A model generated the notes under the pieces. That model had not been told where the DNA came from and did no database searches. It saw only the letters and a program-made list of their open reading frames with translations. From the NCBI GenBank assembly GCA_021827745.1, contig JAKAUI010000045.1:33563-97562 (forward strand): a stretch of 64,000 bases of DNA, in the 5' to 3' direction. The position numbers and the translations under genes are program-made. The first letter of the stretch is position 1, and every line of letters begins with the position of its first letter. The DNA is from Bacillota bacterium. GTDB lineage: Bacteria > Bacillota > Sulfobacillia > JAJZYS01 > JAJZLH01. Of the stretch, positions 37,917-49,021 are shown in pieces.

Positions 37917-38881
37917 TCCAGCAGCCCGCCCACGCCAAGGTCCGCCACCTGGTCGGCCGTCGGGACTTCCCCGGCCAGCACCCTGGGCAGTAAGAGGTCA
38001 AACACGGTGACCGGATCGGCGATCACGCAGGCCGGGAGCCCTAAGATCGGCTTATCGCCGTGCACGGCCACGATCGCCATCGAACCTGGCAGGACCGGCG
38101 TCCCATGGCAGATCAGGCGGGCGCCGCTGTCCTGGATGGCGCCGGGCGTGCGGTCATCGGGATCGACCGACATCCCGCCGCTGACCAGGATGATGTCCAC
38201 CTTGGGGTCGGCTGCGGCTGCTGCGATGGCGTGGGCAATGAGGGAGCGGTCATCTGGCAAGAGGGCGTGGCGGACGATGCGGGCACCGAAAGGATGGAGC
38301 TTTGACTCCACCCGGGGCCGAAAGGCATCTGTGATCTTGCCGCTGAACACCTCCTGACCGGTGGTCAGGAGCGCAACCCCGAGCTGGCTGAAGGGCCTGA
38401 CCCGCAGCACCGCACCGTAGCTCACGGCGCGCTCGACCACCGCCTCCTCGACGAGCAGCGGCACACACTTGACCGCCGCCACCCGCTCTTGGCGGTGGAC
38501 CGGCATCCGGTCCGGCCTGGTCACGACGAGGATCTGGCCCTGTCCGTTCAGCGCCCTGATCGCCTCCGTGTTCAGCTGCAACAGGCCGTCGTGCGCTGCC
38601 CGCAGGGTCACCTTTCCCTCTTCGGGCCCTTCGGCCTCGAGTCCGCCGCCGGCCAGGGCGCTGGCTGCCCGGCTGGCGGCGTCCTGCTCGTGCACGAGTC
38701 CGTCTGCTTGCTCCCAGACGAACAGGTGCTCTTTGCCCATGGCCCGCAGGACGGGCAGATCGGCCTCCGCCACCACATGACCGCGCTGAAAGCGCACGCC
38801 CTTGAACTGGCCGGGAATGACCTGGGTCAGATCATGGCCGAGCGTCAGACCCACGGCCTCGGACAGCGGCACCTCACGCAT
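37868..38881 (-). CDS. MoeA-N/MoCF-domain molybdopterin-binding protein (MoeA paralog)
   Basis: From the internal Met (MREVPLSEAVGLTLGHDLTQ), about 337 aa with a MoeA-N-like region plus a MoCF biosynthesis domain. The upstream 100 aa of the track ORF are overlap artefact. Confidence 0.65.
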   Translation of the reverse strand: MREVPLSEAVGLTLGHDLTQVIPGQFKGVRFQRGHVVAEADLPVLRAMGKEHLFVWEQADGLVHEQDAASRAASALAGGGLEAEGPEEGKVTLRAAHDGLLQLNTEAIRALNGQGQILVVTRPDRMPVHRQERVAAVKCVPLLVEEAVVERAVSYGAVLRVRPFSQLGVALLTTGQEVFSGKITDAFRPRVESKLHPFGARIVRHALLPDDRSLIAHAIAAAAADPKVDIILVSGGMSVDPDDRTPGAIQDSGARLICHGTPVLPGSMAIVAVHGDKPILGLPACVIADPVTVFDLLLPRVLAGEVPTADQVADLGVGGLLEWMAQAEGASPWRWNG

Positions 38882-39479
38882 GGTTCCCCTCCGCTCCAAC
38901 GAGCCTGCGGTAGTCATCCGGGTGGTTGACGTTGGTGAAGATGGTGGCATCGAGCCCCAGTCTGGCCAGGTCCTGGTCGTCCAGCCGCCGCACGTTGATC
39001 TGGCTGACAAAGGCCTCCATGCTGGGTCGATCCGAGCTGACCGTCGCCTCGGCCACCGCGAGCGCCGACTGTCGGTACAGGGCCGCGAGGGGCTGAATGC
39101 CGGCAGCCCGCCCCAAATAGAGCGCCCCATCGAGTCCGTCTTCGGTCGCAAGCAGCTCTTCGATGAACCGCCTGGGCACATGGGGCAGGTCGCAGGCCAT
39201 CACCAGCACATCACCCTCGCGCAGGGCTGCCGCCAGCCCGGCCAGTGGCCCGCGCCCTGGGGCGATGTCCAAAAGCTGGCGACCCGGCCAAGGCCGCCTT
39301 GAGCTGCCGACGAACACGACCTCTTTGGTCAGGGGAGCGAGACGGTCCGCTGCGCTCTCGGCCAGGGTCTTGCCGTCATACGGCAAAGTCGCCTTGTCCT
39401 GGCCCATGCGCACGCTGTGCCCGCCGACCAAGACGGCGCCGAGCGGACGCTCGTCGGCAACTGGTGGCTTGGCTCCCAT
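38874..39479 (-). CDS. mobA: Molybdenum cofactor guanylyltransferase MobA
   Basis: 201 aa with the MobA N-terminus (GAVLVGGHSVRMGQDK). Confidence 0.8.
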   Translation of the reverse strand: MGAKPPVADERPLGAVLVGGHSVRMGQDKATLPYDGKTLAESAADRLAPLTKEVVFVGSSRRPWPGRQLLDIAPGRGPLAGLAAALREGDVLVMACDLPHVPRRFIEELLATEDGLDGALYLGRAAGIQPLAALYRQSALAVAEATVSSDRPSMEAFVSQINVRRLDDQDLARLGLDATIFTNVNHPDDYRRLVGAEGNHA

Positions 39480-39517
39480 GGCCGACCCTCCCTGTTGCGT
39501 CAGTGTAATGCAATCCT

Positions 39518-39561
39518 CATCTCAAAGGCACGACGAGCCCCGCCGGTTGGCGGGGCTCGTC
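39518..39561 (-). terminator. Terminator hairpin downstream of groEL
   Basis: Perfect 13-bp stem GACGAGCCCCGCC / GGCGGGGCTCGTC with a 4-nt loop, followed by GUGCCUUUG on the minus strand. Confidence 0.55.
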
Positions 39562-39576
39562 CGATCGGGAGCAGGA

Positions 39577-41217
<1,641 letters not shown>

Positions 41218-41237
41218 TTAGCTTCTCTCGGTCGACC

Positions 41238-41522
41238 TTAGCGGATCGCCAAGAGGTCGCTCTCGCGCACGATCAGGTACTCGACGTCGTCGACCTTGAT
41301 CTCGGTCCCACCGTACTTGGAGAAGATCACCTTGTCACCGGCCTTGACGTCGAGCGGAACCCGCTGCCCGTTGTCCAGCACCCGACCCGGGCCAACGGCC
41401 ACCACCTCGCCCTCCTGCGGGCGCTCCTTGGCCGTGTCCGGAATGATGATCCCACCCTTGGTCTTCTCTTCGGCATCCGACACCTTGACCACCACGCGAT
41501 CACCGAGCGGCTTCAGCAACAC
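41238..41522 (-). CDS. groES: Co-chaperonin GroES (Cpn10)
   Basis: 94 aa with canonical GroES sequence ([14 protein letters not shown]...). Confidence 0.95.
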   Translation of the reverse strand: MLLKPLGDRVVVKVSDAEEKTKGGIIIPDTAKERPQEGEVVAVGPGRVLDNGQRVPLDVKAGDKVIFSKYGGTEIKVDDVEYLIVRESDLLAIR

Positions 41523-41560
41523 ACCAACCCCCTGTCCTTAGATGACTACACCCCATATTG

Positions 41561-41587
41561 TTAGCACTCTCCTGAGGTGAGTGCTAG
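41561..41587. promoter_or_regulatory. CIRCE operator (HrcA binding site) in the groES leader
   Basis: TTAGCACTC-N9-GAGTGCTAG, one mismatch from the consensus TTAGCACTC-N9-GAGTGCTAA, lying 39 nt upstream of the groES start codon. Confidence 0.8.
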
Positions 41588-41599
41588 CATCCATCGCTC

Positions 41600-41637
41600 A
41601 TTGTATGAACGATTTCTCGGTCGTCAAGAGTCTGGTT
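41600..41637 (-). promoter_or_regulatory. Sigma-A-type promoter candidate for groESL
   Basis: TTGACG, a 16-nt spacer, then TACAAT on the minus strand, immediately upstream of the CIRCE element. Confidence 0.5.
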
Positions 41638-41724
41638 CCGCTGTCTTCGAAGACGGCATCTGGGAGCCTTTACGCGCCCAGAGCCGGGCTCCGTGACCCG
41701 GCTCTGGGGGTCGACCGCACTCGC

Positions 41725-41922
41725 TCAGTGCGGATGGGGCGTGGTTTCCTCACCCGGGGCAATTGTCTGCGTGTCCTTCGCCATCTCGCCCTCCATCGAG
41801 GCCCGGAAGGCTCGGATGCTCTTGCCCAGGCCGCTGCCGATCTCCGGCAGGCGCTTTGGTCCAAAGATGAGCAGGGCAACCACCAGCAACACGATCAGGT
41901 GAATGGGCGACAAGAGATCCAC
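41725..41922 (-). CDS. tatA: Sec-independent translocase TatA/E
   Basis: 65 aa with an N-terminal TM helix plus amphipathic helix ([24 protein letters not shown]). Confidence 0.8.
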   Translation of the reverse strand: MDLLSPIHLIVLLVVALLIFGPKRLPEIGSGLGKSIRAFRASMEGEMAKDTQTIAPGEETTPHPH

Positions 41923-41973
41923 GAGGGATCACCTTCTTTCGCGGCCCAAGTGTATGCCTGGCACTCAGCCCTG

Positions 41974-42570
41974 TCAAAGCGGGGTGCGATGGCGCTGGCG
42001 CAGCCGCCAGATCAAGTATCCGAGCCCTGCCACCGCCAAGCCAGCCAGGATCCAGGGGCCGGTGCCGATCAGGACGTCGACCACCTGATCCCAGTAGTGG
42101 CCGAGCACTCGGCCAGCCTCCACGGCCAGGATCGGCCAGGCCAGCGCGCCGATCACGGTGGCGACCAGAAAGCGGGAAAAGGGCATCTCGAAGAAGCCGG
42201 CCGGATAGGAGATCAGAAGGCGCACCCCGGACAGGATGCGGCCGACGATGACGGCCCCCATCCCCCAGCGGGTGAACAGCTTCTCGACCCGAGTCATTCG
42301 CTCTTCGGTGATGCCCACTCGCCTGCCGTAGAGCAAGATCAGCTTTCTCCCGCCGGTGCGGCCGATCAGGTAGGAGACACAGGCGCCTCCCGTGGAGCCG
42401 CAGGCGGCAACCACAATCGCCAACGGTGCCGACAGCTGTCCCTGGGCCGCCATCACACCGGCCGTGACCAGGGTGATCTCAGAGGGGGCTGGGATCCCAA
42501 CCGCCTCCAGAAAGAGGACCAGAAAGATGGCGGCATAGCCGTATTGGTGGAGCAAGGGAGCGAGATTCAA
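41974..42570 (-). CDS. DedA/SNARE-associated family membrane protein
   Basis: 198 aa with DedA-family topology and motifs (YGYAAIFLVLFLEAVGIP...). Confidence 0.75.
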   Translation of the reverse strand: MNLAPLLHQYGYAAIFLVLFLEAVGIPAPSEITLVTAGVMAAQGQLSAPLAIVVAACGSTGGACVSYLIGRTGGRKLILLYGRRVGITEERMTRVEKLFTRWGMGAVIVGRILSGVRLLISYPAGFFEMPFSRFLVATVIGALAWPILAVEAGRVLGHYWDQVVDVLIGTGPWILAGLAVAGLGYLIWRLRQRHRTPL

Positions 42571-43871
42571 GCCACTACCGCGTCCTCTCGCAGCCGTCGG
42601 ATCTCCGCATCAGTGTAGCCCAGATCGGCGAGCACCTGGTCGGTGTGCTGGCCGAGCCTGGGCGGTGTGCTGCGCCCCCTTGCCGGCGTCCGGCTGAGCT
42701 CGACCGGCGATCCCACCGTCCGCCACGGCTGATCCTCGCCCTGAAGCTCCCAGATCAGTCCCATGGCCTCAATCTGCGGGTGGGTCAGCACTTCGTCGAC
42801 CTCCAGGATGTCGGCGGCTGGCACCTCCGCCGCCCGGCATCGGGCCACCCACTCGCTGGCCTCGTCCGCAGCGAAGACGGCATCGAGCATGGGGATCAAC
42901 GTCTGGCGGTTGGCGACCCGGTCCGGATTGCTGCGAAACCGTGGGTCGCTCGCCCACTGTGGGTGGTCGAGCACGGTGCACAGTCGCTGCCACTGGGGAT
43001 CGTTGGCGACGGCCAGGTTAAAGGGGCGGTCTTTGGCCATGAATCGCTGGTAGGGCACGATCGATGCATGCTGAGAGCCCAGCCGCCGCGGTTTGGCATG
43101 GGCCGAGAGCACCGCTTGGGAGATGTGCGCCTGCCAGCTGACCAGCCCGCCCATCAGGCTTGAGGCCACCACCTGGCCGCGCCCGCTCTTCGTGCGCTCG
43201 AAAAGTGCACCCAGGATGCCGATCGCCGCCCACATCCCAGCGCCGATGTCTCCGATGGAGAAGGCGGCCTTGGTCGGCGGACCATCTGGTTCGCCGCTGG
43301 ATGCCATCAGACCAGACAGGCCTTGGGCGATCACATCGTACCCAGGCGTGGCCCGCTCGGGCCCACGCTGGCCGAAGCCGCTCACCCGAGCGTAGATCAG
43401 GCCAGGCCGTCGGGCGAGACAGGCCTCCGGGTCGAATCCGAGCGCCTCCATGGTGCCCGGCCGGAAGTTCTCGACCAGCACGTCGGCCCGGTCGATCAGT
43501 CGCCATAGCACCTCGGAGGCTCTGTCCCGCTTGAGATCCAGCCCAATGCTGGCCTTGTTGCGGTTGACCGACTGAAAATAGGTGCTCTCCCCGTTCACGA
43601 ACGGCGGTCCGAAGGCCCGGGCGTCATCGCCGATCGGCGGCTTCTCCACCTTGATCACCTCGGCGCCGAGGTCGGCGAGGATCATGGTGCAGTACGGACC
43701 GCTCAGCACCTGGCTCAGGTCGACCACGCGCACACCCGCCAGCACCGCCGGCTGGGAGGTGGCCACCTTGGAAGACGGCACCAAGACCACCTCCCGGGCG
43801 AAATGCGGTGGGTGAAAGACAGCTCGCGGCAGCCGAGCTCGATCAAGTGTGCGAAGAGGCCTGGCCGGCAC
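42567..43871 (-). CDS. Family III CoA-transferase (CaiB/BaiF-like)
   Basis: 434 aa with the CoA-transferase III signature (VRVVDLSQVLSGPYCTMILADLGAEVIKVE). Confidence 0.85.
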   Translation of the reverse strand: MPARPLRTLDRARLPRAVFHPPHFAREVVLVPSSKVATSQPAVLAGVRVVDLSQVLSGPYCTMILADLGAEVIKVEKPPIGDDARAFGPPFVNGESTYFQSVNRNKASIGLDLKRDRASEVLWRLIDRADVLVENFRPGTMEALGFDPEACLARRPGLIYARVSGFGQRGPERATPGYDVIAQGLSGLMASSGEPDGPPTKAAFSIGDIGAGMWAAIGILGALFERTKSGRGQVVASSLMGGLVSWQAHISQAVLSAHAKPRRLGSQHASIVPYQRFMAKDRPFNLAVANDPQWQRLCTVLDHPQWASDPRFRSNPDRVANRQTLIPMLDAVFAADEASEWVARCRAAEVPAADILEVDEVLTHPQIEAMGLIWELQGEDQPWRTVGSPVELSRTPARGRSTPPRLGQHTDQVLADLGYTDAEIRRLREDAVVA

Positions 43872-43989
43872 ACTTCTTGCCGCGGCTCACGGGCTGCAAG
43901 ATAGGCGCCAGGCTGGCGGCATACTTAGACGCCATCCGCACAATCCCCTCCGCGCCGGGCCCAGGCGTTACCAGGCTGGCCCAGAACCT

Positions 43990-44227
43990 TGACAACCTGA
44001 GGCAAACCTCGTAGTGCGAGGAAGGCATCGGAGTGGTACTCTTCTCTCGCCCTGAGAGAACCCGCGTGCGATCCGGCGAGCGTCCTCACTTGGCCGGCCG
44101 TTGCGGGGGACCCGTTTAGAGCCCTTTCGGGATCTGAACCACTGGGGGTCGCTTCGGTCTCAACCGGCGCTGCCTGCTCGGGCAGCCTCCCGGCCCGTAG
44201 TCTGATGGAGATGGGGTTTCACTGCTG
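43990..44227 (+). ncRNA. Candidate structured 5' leader or riboswitch upstream of the LCP gene
   Basis: About 200 nt of GC-rich intergenic sequence carrying many complementary segments (GGCCGGCCG, GCGGGGGACCCG, GGGAUC...GAUCC, CUGCCUGCUCGGGCAGCC). It lies in the largest non-coding gap in the window. I could not assign a riboswitch class by eye. Confidence 0.25.
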
Positions 44228-45457
44228 ATGCGAACTGTCGCCAAAATCGTGATCTGGGTCCTGGTCGCCTTAGCGGCGGCAGGAGTCGGAAAACTCGCCT
44301 ACGACCACTTCTCGAACCCGAACGGAAACGTCTCGATCACGACCCAGATCAAGACCGATCTGAGCACCGGGGTGCTCGGCAGTCAGCCGGTGAACATCCT
44401 CTTGATCGGCAACAATGCCAGAAATGCCACCTCACCGCTGACCCCCGGCCAAGCGGACTTGATCATCGTCGCCCACGTCGAGCCTGTGCAGCACAAGGTG
44501 GTCCTGATCACCGTGCCGAGAAACGTCATGGTCGCCTACCCGGGCTACCGTGACACCATTCCCAAGCTGAAGTCCTCGTTCCTGATGGGGGGCCCCTCCC
44601 TGGCCGTCAAGTCGGTCAGCCAAGTGCTGGGCATGCCCATTCAGTTCTACGTGGTGTCCGACTTTCAGGGATTCATCGATGCCATCAACGCCATCGGCGG
44701 CGTGACGGTCGACATTCCCTGCCGCATCTACGATCCCCAGCACAGCCACGCCGTGTTCAACCCGGGGACCCAGCTGCTGAACGGGACAGAGGCCCTCGCC
44801 TATATCCGGGTCCGGCAGAACCTGGCCGGAAGCGGCTGCCGGGTGAACGACTTCCAGCGCATGTCGACGGCCGTCGCCTTCATCAAGCTGGTAGAGGCCC
44901 AGGCGGTGAAGAACCTGTCGCCGGGCGAGGTGCTCAATCTGATGGGCACCTGGAACAAGGATGTGGCGACCAACCTGAATCCGGTTCAGGAGGCGGCGAT
45001 CGCCGCCGTCGCCGACCACGCCACCATCACGCACGTCACAGTGGGTGTCTTGGGAGATTCGATGCAGATTCGGACCACGACCTTTGCCGGCCTCAACCAG
45101 GAGGGCTCCATCTCCGGTGCCTACTACGACATCCTGACTCCGCAGGAGATCCTGTCTGCGGTCGGACCATACGGCGCCAAGAACCCCTCAACCGGACTGC
45201 CCACGCTTCCCGCACCCAACACCCTGACCGTCTTCTTGACCAACGATGGCGGAGGAAAGCTGTCGGCTGCCCAGCTTCAGAAGTCGGGCATCACGACGCA
45301 CCTATCCAATCTGGTTCCACCCAGCACCGGTCTGACCGAGGTCATCTACCCGCCGGGCGAGCTTCTCCAGGCCATGGTGGTGGGCCGGGCGCTCGGCTAC
45401 AGCGACGAGATCCTGTCCCAGGGCAACGTGCCTACGCTCGAGGTGATGAGCCGCTAG
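44228..45457 (+). CDS. LytR-CpsA-Psr (LCP) family cell-envelope phosphotransferase
   Basis: 409 aa with an N-terminal TM anchor and an LCP domain (ILLIGNNARN...ADLIIVAHVEP...VMVAYPGY). Confidence 0.85.
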   Translation: MRTVAKIVIWVLVALAAAGVGKLAYDHFSNPNGNVSITTQIKTDLSTGVLGSQPVNILLIGNNARNATSPLTPGQADLIIVAHVEPVQHKVVLITVPRNVMVAYPGYRDTIPKLKSSFLMGGPSLAVKSVSQVLGMPIQFYVVSDFQGFIDAINAIGGVTVDIPCRIYDPQHSHAVFNPGTQLLNGTEALAYIRVRQNLAGSGCRVNDFQRMSTAVAFIKLVEAQAVKNLSPGEVLNLMGTWNKDVATNLNPVQEAAIAAVADHATITHVTVGVLGDSMQIRTTTFAGLNQEGSISGAYYDILTPQEILSAVGPYGAKNPSTGLPTLPAPNTLTVFLTNDGGGKLSAAQLQKSGITTHLSNLVPPSTGLTEVIYPPGELLQAMVVGRALGYSDEILSQGNVPTLEVMSR

Positions 45458-45462
45458 CCGCT

Positions 45463-46692
45463 CTAGTTCCGCTCGGCCGCACCGGGTGCCCGAAAGGCGT
45501 CCAATCCGGTCAGGTCGCGGCCCACGATCAGGGTGTGGATCTCGTAGGTCCCCTCGTAGGTGTCGACCGTCTCCAAATTGGCCATGTGCCTGATCGCCCG
45601 GTACTCGGTGGTGATCCCGTTGCCGCCCAGCAGCTCGCGGCCGATCCGGGCCACCTCGAGGGCCGCGCGGGTGTTGTTGCGCTTGGCCAACGACACCTGG
45701 GCGTAGCGCAGCTCCCCCGCCTCCTTCAGCCGGCCGAGCTGGAGGGCGGTGAGCTGGGCCGCAGTCAGGCGGCTCAGCATGTCGACCAGGTGCTCCTGCA
45801 CCAGCTGGGTTCCGGCGATCGGATGGCCGAAGGCGATGCGCTGTCCGGTGTAGGCCAGCGCTTCGTTGAAGCAGTCCATGGCGGCCCCGACCACGCCGCA
45901 GGCGATGCCGAAGCGGGCCTGGGTGAGACAGGCCAAGGGGGCGCCAAGGCCCTTGGCCTCAGGCAGCCGGGCGTCATCTGAAAGACGAACTGTGTCCAGC
46001 ATCAGGTCTGAGGTGTGGGATGCCCGCATCGAGGCCTTGGTGTGGACGTCTTCGGCGGAAAAGCCCTCTGTTCCCCGCTCCACCAGAAAGCCGAGGATGG
46101 CGCCGCCTTCCTCCCTGGCCCACACCACCGCCACGTCAGCCAGGGTGCCGTTGGTGATCCAGCGCTTGACGCCGTTCAGCACCCAGCCGCCACCGTCGCG
46201 CTGCGCCCGGGTGGTCATGGCACCGGGATCGGAACCGGCGTCCGGCTCGGTCAGGCCGAAGCAGCCGATGGCCTGGCCCTTGGCCATCTTGGGCAGCCAG
46301 CGCCGGCGCTGCGCTTCCGATCCGAAGCGCCAGATGGCGTACATGCTGAGAGCACTCTGCACCGAGGCGAAGCTGCGCAGCCCGGAGTCTCCGCGCTCCA
46401 GCTCCTGCATGATCAGTCCGTAGGCGACGTCCGAGATGCCGGCGCCGCCGTACTCCTGGGGCAGGGTCGGCCCGAAGATGCCGAGCTCGCCCATCTGCGC
46501 CACCAGCGCCATTGGAAACGTGCCCTCCTGCCAGTGCCGCCCAATCGACGGAGCCACTTCAGCGGCCACGAACTCGGCGACCAGGTTGCGGATCGAACGC
46601 TCGTCGTCGGTGAGCAGCCGCTCGATCTGCAGGTAGTCGGGACCCGTCTCTGGCACAGATGTCCTCTCCTTCAGAGCCAAAATCTCCCTCAT
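45463..46692 (-). CDS. Acyl-CoA dehydrogenase (glutaryl-CoA dehydrogenase-like)
   Basis: 409 aa ACAD with GCDH-like motifs (GCFGLTEPDAGSDP, YEGTYEIHTLIVGRDLTG). Confidence 0.85.
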   Translation of the reverse strand: MREILALKERTSVPETGPDYLQIERLLTDDERSIRNLVAEFVAAEVAPSIGRHWQEGTFPMALVAQMGELGIFGPTLPQEYGGAGISDVAYGLIMQELERGDSGLRSFASVQSALSMYAIWRFGSEAQRRRWLPKMAKGQAIGCFGLTEPDAGSDPGAMTTRAQRDGGGWVLNGVKRWITNGTLADVAVVWAREEGGAILGFLVERGTEGFSAEDVHTKASMRASHTSDLMLDTVRLSDDARLPEAKGLGAPLACLTQARFGIACGVVGAAMDCFNEALAYTGQRIAFGHPIAGTQLVQEHLVDMLSRLTAAQLTALQLGRLKEAGELRYAQVSLAKRNNTRAALEVARIGRELLGGNGITTEYRAIRHMANLETVDTYEGTYEIHTLIVGRDLTGLDAFRAPGAAERN

Positions 46693-46770
46693 TATACCCG
46701 GCCGATGGCCTCTGGCCGCAGTGCGGCCGTTCGTCTAGAGTTGGGGAGGCAAAATGAGGAGGCTGACCGT

Positions 46771-48090
46771 TTGCCCGCCGAGCGTCGTCTTTTGCCCATC
46801 TATCTGTTCGGGGTGTTCATCGGCGCGCTCGACACCAACGTCTTGGGCCCGGCCCTGCCGCTGGTGGCCCATGCCTTCTCGACCACCTTGGCCTGGACCG
46901 CCTGGACGATCACCGCCTACACGGCCGCCTACATCGCCAGCACTGTGCTGGCTGGTCCGGGTGGGGACCGCGTCGGCCGACGCACATTCTTTCTGGTCGG
47001 CATCGCCCTGTTCGGGGCGGCCTCCCTGCTGGCGGCCCTGTCCGGCAACCTGCCGCTCTTCCTGGTGGCGAGAACCCTGCAGGGCGCCGGGGCCGGCCTG
47101 GTCTATCCCAACGCCCAGGCCGAGGGGATGCGGGCCTTCCCGGAGGAAAAGCGGGGCATGGCACTGGGCCTGTTCGGGGCTGTCTTTGGGCTGGCCGCCA
47201 TCATCGGTCCCAACCTCGGCGGTCTCCTTGCCCAGGCCTTCGGCTGGCCGGCCATCTTCTTGGTCAACGTGCCCTTGGCCGTGATCGTCCTGGGGCTCGG
47301 CCGCCGCCTTCCCAAGACCGAGGCCGATCACCCCGGCGGTCTGCCGGACGTCTTCGGAGGGGTGGCGTTTTCGCTCACGCTCGTCTTCTTGCTGCTGGCG
47401 CTCAGCGCCGCGTCGATGCTCAGCGTGGTTTGGCTCATGGCCGCCCTCGTCTCTGGCATCACCTTCAGCCTGCGCCAGCGGCGGGCGGCCACGCCCTTTC
47501 TCGACACCGCCCCGCTCAAGACCTCTTCTGGTGCCTTCATGATGGCGGCTGCCGGCATCATCGGACTGGATCTGGCTGCCGCCGTGTTTGTTCCAGCCTT
47601 GGCCCAGCAGGAGCTCCACTTCTCGGTCCTCTTGTCGGGCGTGGCCCTGATGCCCGCCGCCGTGGTCGGAGCCGTCCTGGCCGGTGCCGCCGGCGTGCTG
47701 GTGGATCGCCTGGGTGCGCGCCGGGTCCTCCAGGTTGGCCTGGCGGCAGCCGGTGTCGGCGGTGTCTTGATCGCCCTGCCCGACCTCACTGTGGTGCGCT
47801 TTGTCATCGCCATGGCCTTCTTCGGCTTCGGCACCGCCTTCACGCTCGGTGCGCCGATCAACCGACTCGCCACCTTGCTCTACCGCAAGGACCAGCTGGG
47901 CGAGGCCCTCTCCCTGGTGGCGGTGGCCCGGGCCGTCGGACTGATGGTCGGACCGGTGGTGTTCGGCCTCATGATCACGAACTCCGGCTTTTCAGCGCCG
48001 TTCTGGCTGCTGGCGGTCGTCTCGGCTCTGGGCGTCATGCTGCTGTTTCAGGTTCCCAACTGGCTTCAGCCTAGCCAGGTGGCCTCATGA
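46771..48090 (+). CDS. MFS transporter
   Basis: 12-TMS MFS with motif A-like GDRVGRR. The probable TTG start at 46771 has a GAGGAGG RBS 8 nt upstream. The track ORF (from 46015) is a frame left open across the antisense gene. Confidence 0.75.
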   Translation: MPAERRLLPIYLFGVFIGALDTNVLGPALPLVAHAFSTTLAWTAWTITAYTAAYIASTVLAGPGGDRVGRRTFFLVGIALFGAASLLAALSGNLPLFLVARTLQGAGAGLVYPNAQAEGMRAFPEEKRGMALGLFGAVFGLAAIIGPNLGGLLAQAFGWPAIFLVNVPLAVIVLGLGRRLPKTEADHPGGLPDVFGGVAFSLTLVFLLLALSAASMLSVVWLMAALVSGITFSLRQRRAATPFLDTAPLKTSSGAFMMAAAGIIGLDLAAAVFVPALAQQELHFSVLLSGVALMPAAVVGAVLAGAAGVLVDRLGARRVLQVGLAAAGVGGVLIALPDLTVVRFVIAMAFFGFGTAFTLGAPINRLATLLYRKDQLGEALSLVAVARAVGLMVGPVVFGLMITNSGFSAPFWLLAVVSALGVMLLFQVPNWLQPSQVAS

Positions 48091-48972
48091 CCGTCCGCCC
48101 GCGGCCTCCGTTCCACTCGTGAGCGCCGACACCAAGAGGTAGCCGATCGCCACGAACAGCACCGAGACGAGGCCGACGTGGATCAAGATCGCCCAGGTGG
48201 CGATGTGCGAGAGGATGAGGAGCACTCCGCTCAGGATCTGCAAGACGACCATGCCAAGCGCCACGTGGGCGGCCCGATAGGTGTCCGGGCGACTCACCCG
48301 GCTGCGCCGGGCCAAGAGGACCATGACCACGACCAGCACAAAGAGGCCGATCGCCACCGATCGATGCACCTCGTCCAGCTGGACCAGCGGCAGCGCGCTG
48401 GCCGACGGCGTGACGGTGCAGAGCGGCCAGGTCAGACAGGCGATGCCGGCATTCTGGTGGGCTACGAAGGCGCCGAGGTAGACGGCGAGATAGAGGTAGA
48501 AGAACAGCACAACGGACAGCCAGCGCTGGCCGAGCGGCAGGCCGCCCTCAGGGACGGTCCGCCGGCTTAAGGCGATGGCCAGCAGCGAGGTGGCGCCTAG
48601 GGCGATCAGGGCGAAGCCAAAGTGCAGCGCCAAGACCGGAGCCGACTCCGGGGCGATCACATCGGCGGCGCCGATGGCCGCCTGGACCACGATGAATAAA
48701 ACGGCCACCGCGGCCAGCCAGCGCTCGATCGCCACCTGACGCCGCCGCCACACCCAGATGGCGAGCCCGACGACCAGGACCGTGATGATGGCGGCAAGCG
48801 CCCGGTGGCTGAACTCGATCAGCGGGTGAAAGGCGATGTCTGGGATGAACTGGCCGTTGCACAGCGGCCAGGAGCCCCCGCAGCCTTGGCCGGAGTTGGT
48901 GAAGGTGACCACAAAGCCCATCTCCACCAACAGCAGGGTGGCGACAGCGGAGATCCATGCCAAAAGCCGCAT
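48085..48972 (-). CDS. ctaA: Heme A synthase CtaA (COX15 family)
   Basis: From the internal Met (MRLLAWISAVATLLLV), about 295 aa with 8 TMS, conserved Cys pairs (GCGGSWPLC, CLTWPLC) and His residues. Confidence 0.8.
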   Translation of the reverse strand: MRLLAWISAVATLLLVEMGFVVTFTNSGQGCGGSWPLCNGQFIPDIAFHPLIEFSHRALAAIITVLVVGLAIWVWRRRQVAIERWLAAVAVLFIVVQAAIGAADVIAPESAPVLALHFGFALIALGATSLLAIALSRRTVPEGGLPLGQRWLSVVLFFYLYLAVYLGAFVAHQNAGIACLTWPLCTVTPSASALPLVQLDEVHRSVAIGLFVLVVVMVLLARRSRVSRPDTYRAAHVALGMVVLQILSGVLLILSHIATWAILIHVGLVSVLFVAIGYLLVSALTSGTEAAGGRS

Positions 48973-49021
48973 CGCCCGCGGCGCCGGCTGGTCGCGCAAG
49001 GTCAAGGCCTCCCCAGGAGGG

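Noticed and set aside
46015-46770. Apparent 250-aa N-terminal extension of the MFS transporter (track ORF 46015-48090).
   Set aside because: This stretch is antisense to the acyl-CoA dehydrogenase gene (45463-46692) and has no transporter homology. It is simply a stop-free frame.
46754-47284. ATG-initiated 176-aa ORF immediately after a GAGGAGG Shine-Dalgarno.
   Set aside because: It is out of frame with the MFS transporter, which has clear 12-TMS homology in the +1 frame. Its Ser/Pro/Cys/Arg-rich translation has no features. The same RBS serves the transporter's TTG start at 46771.
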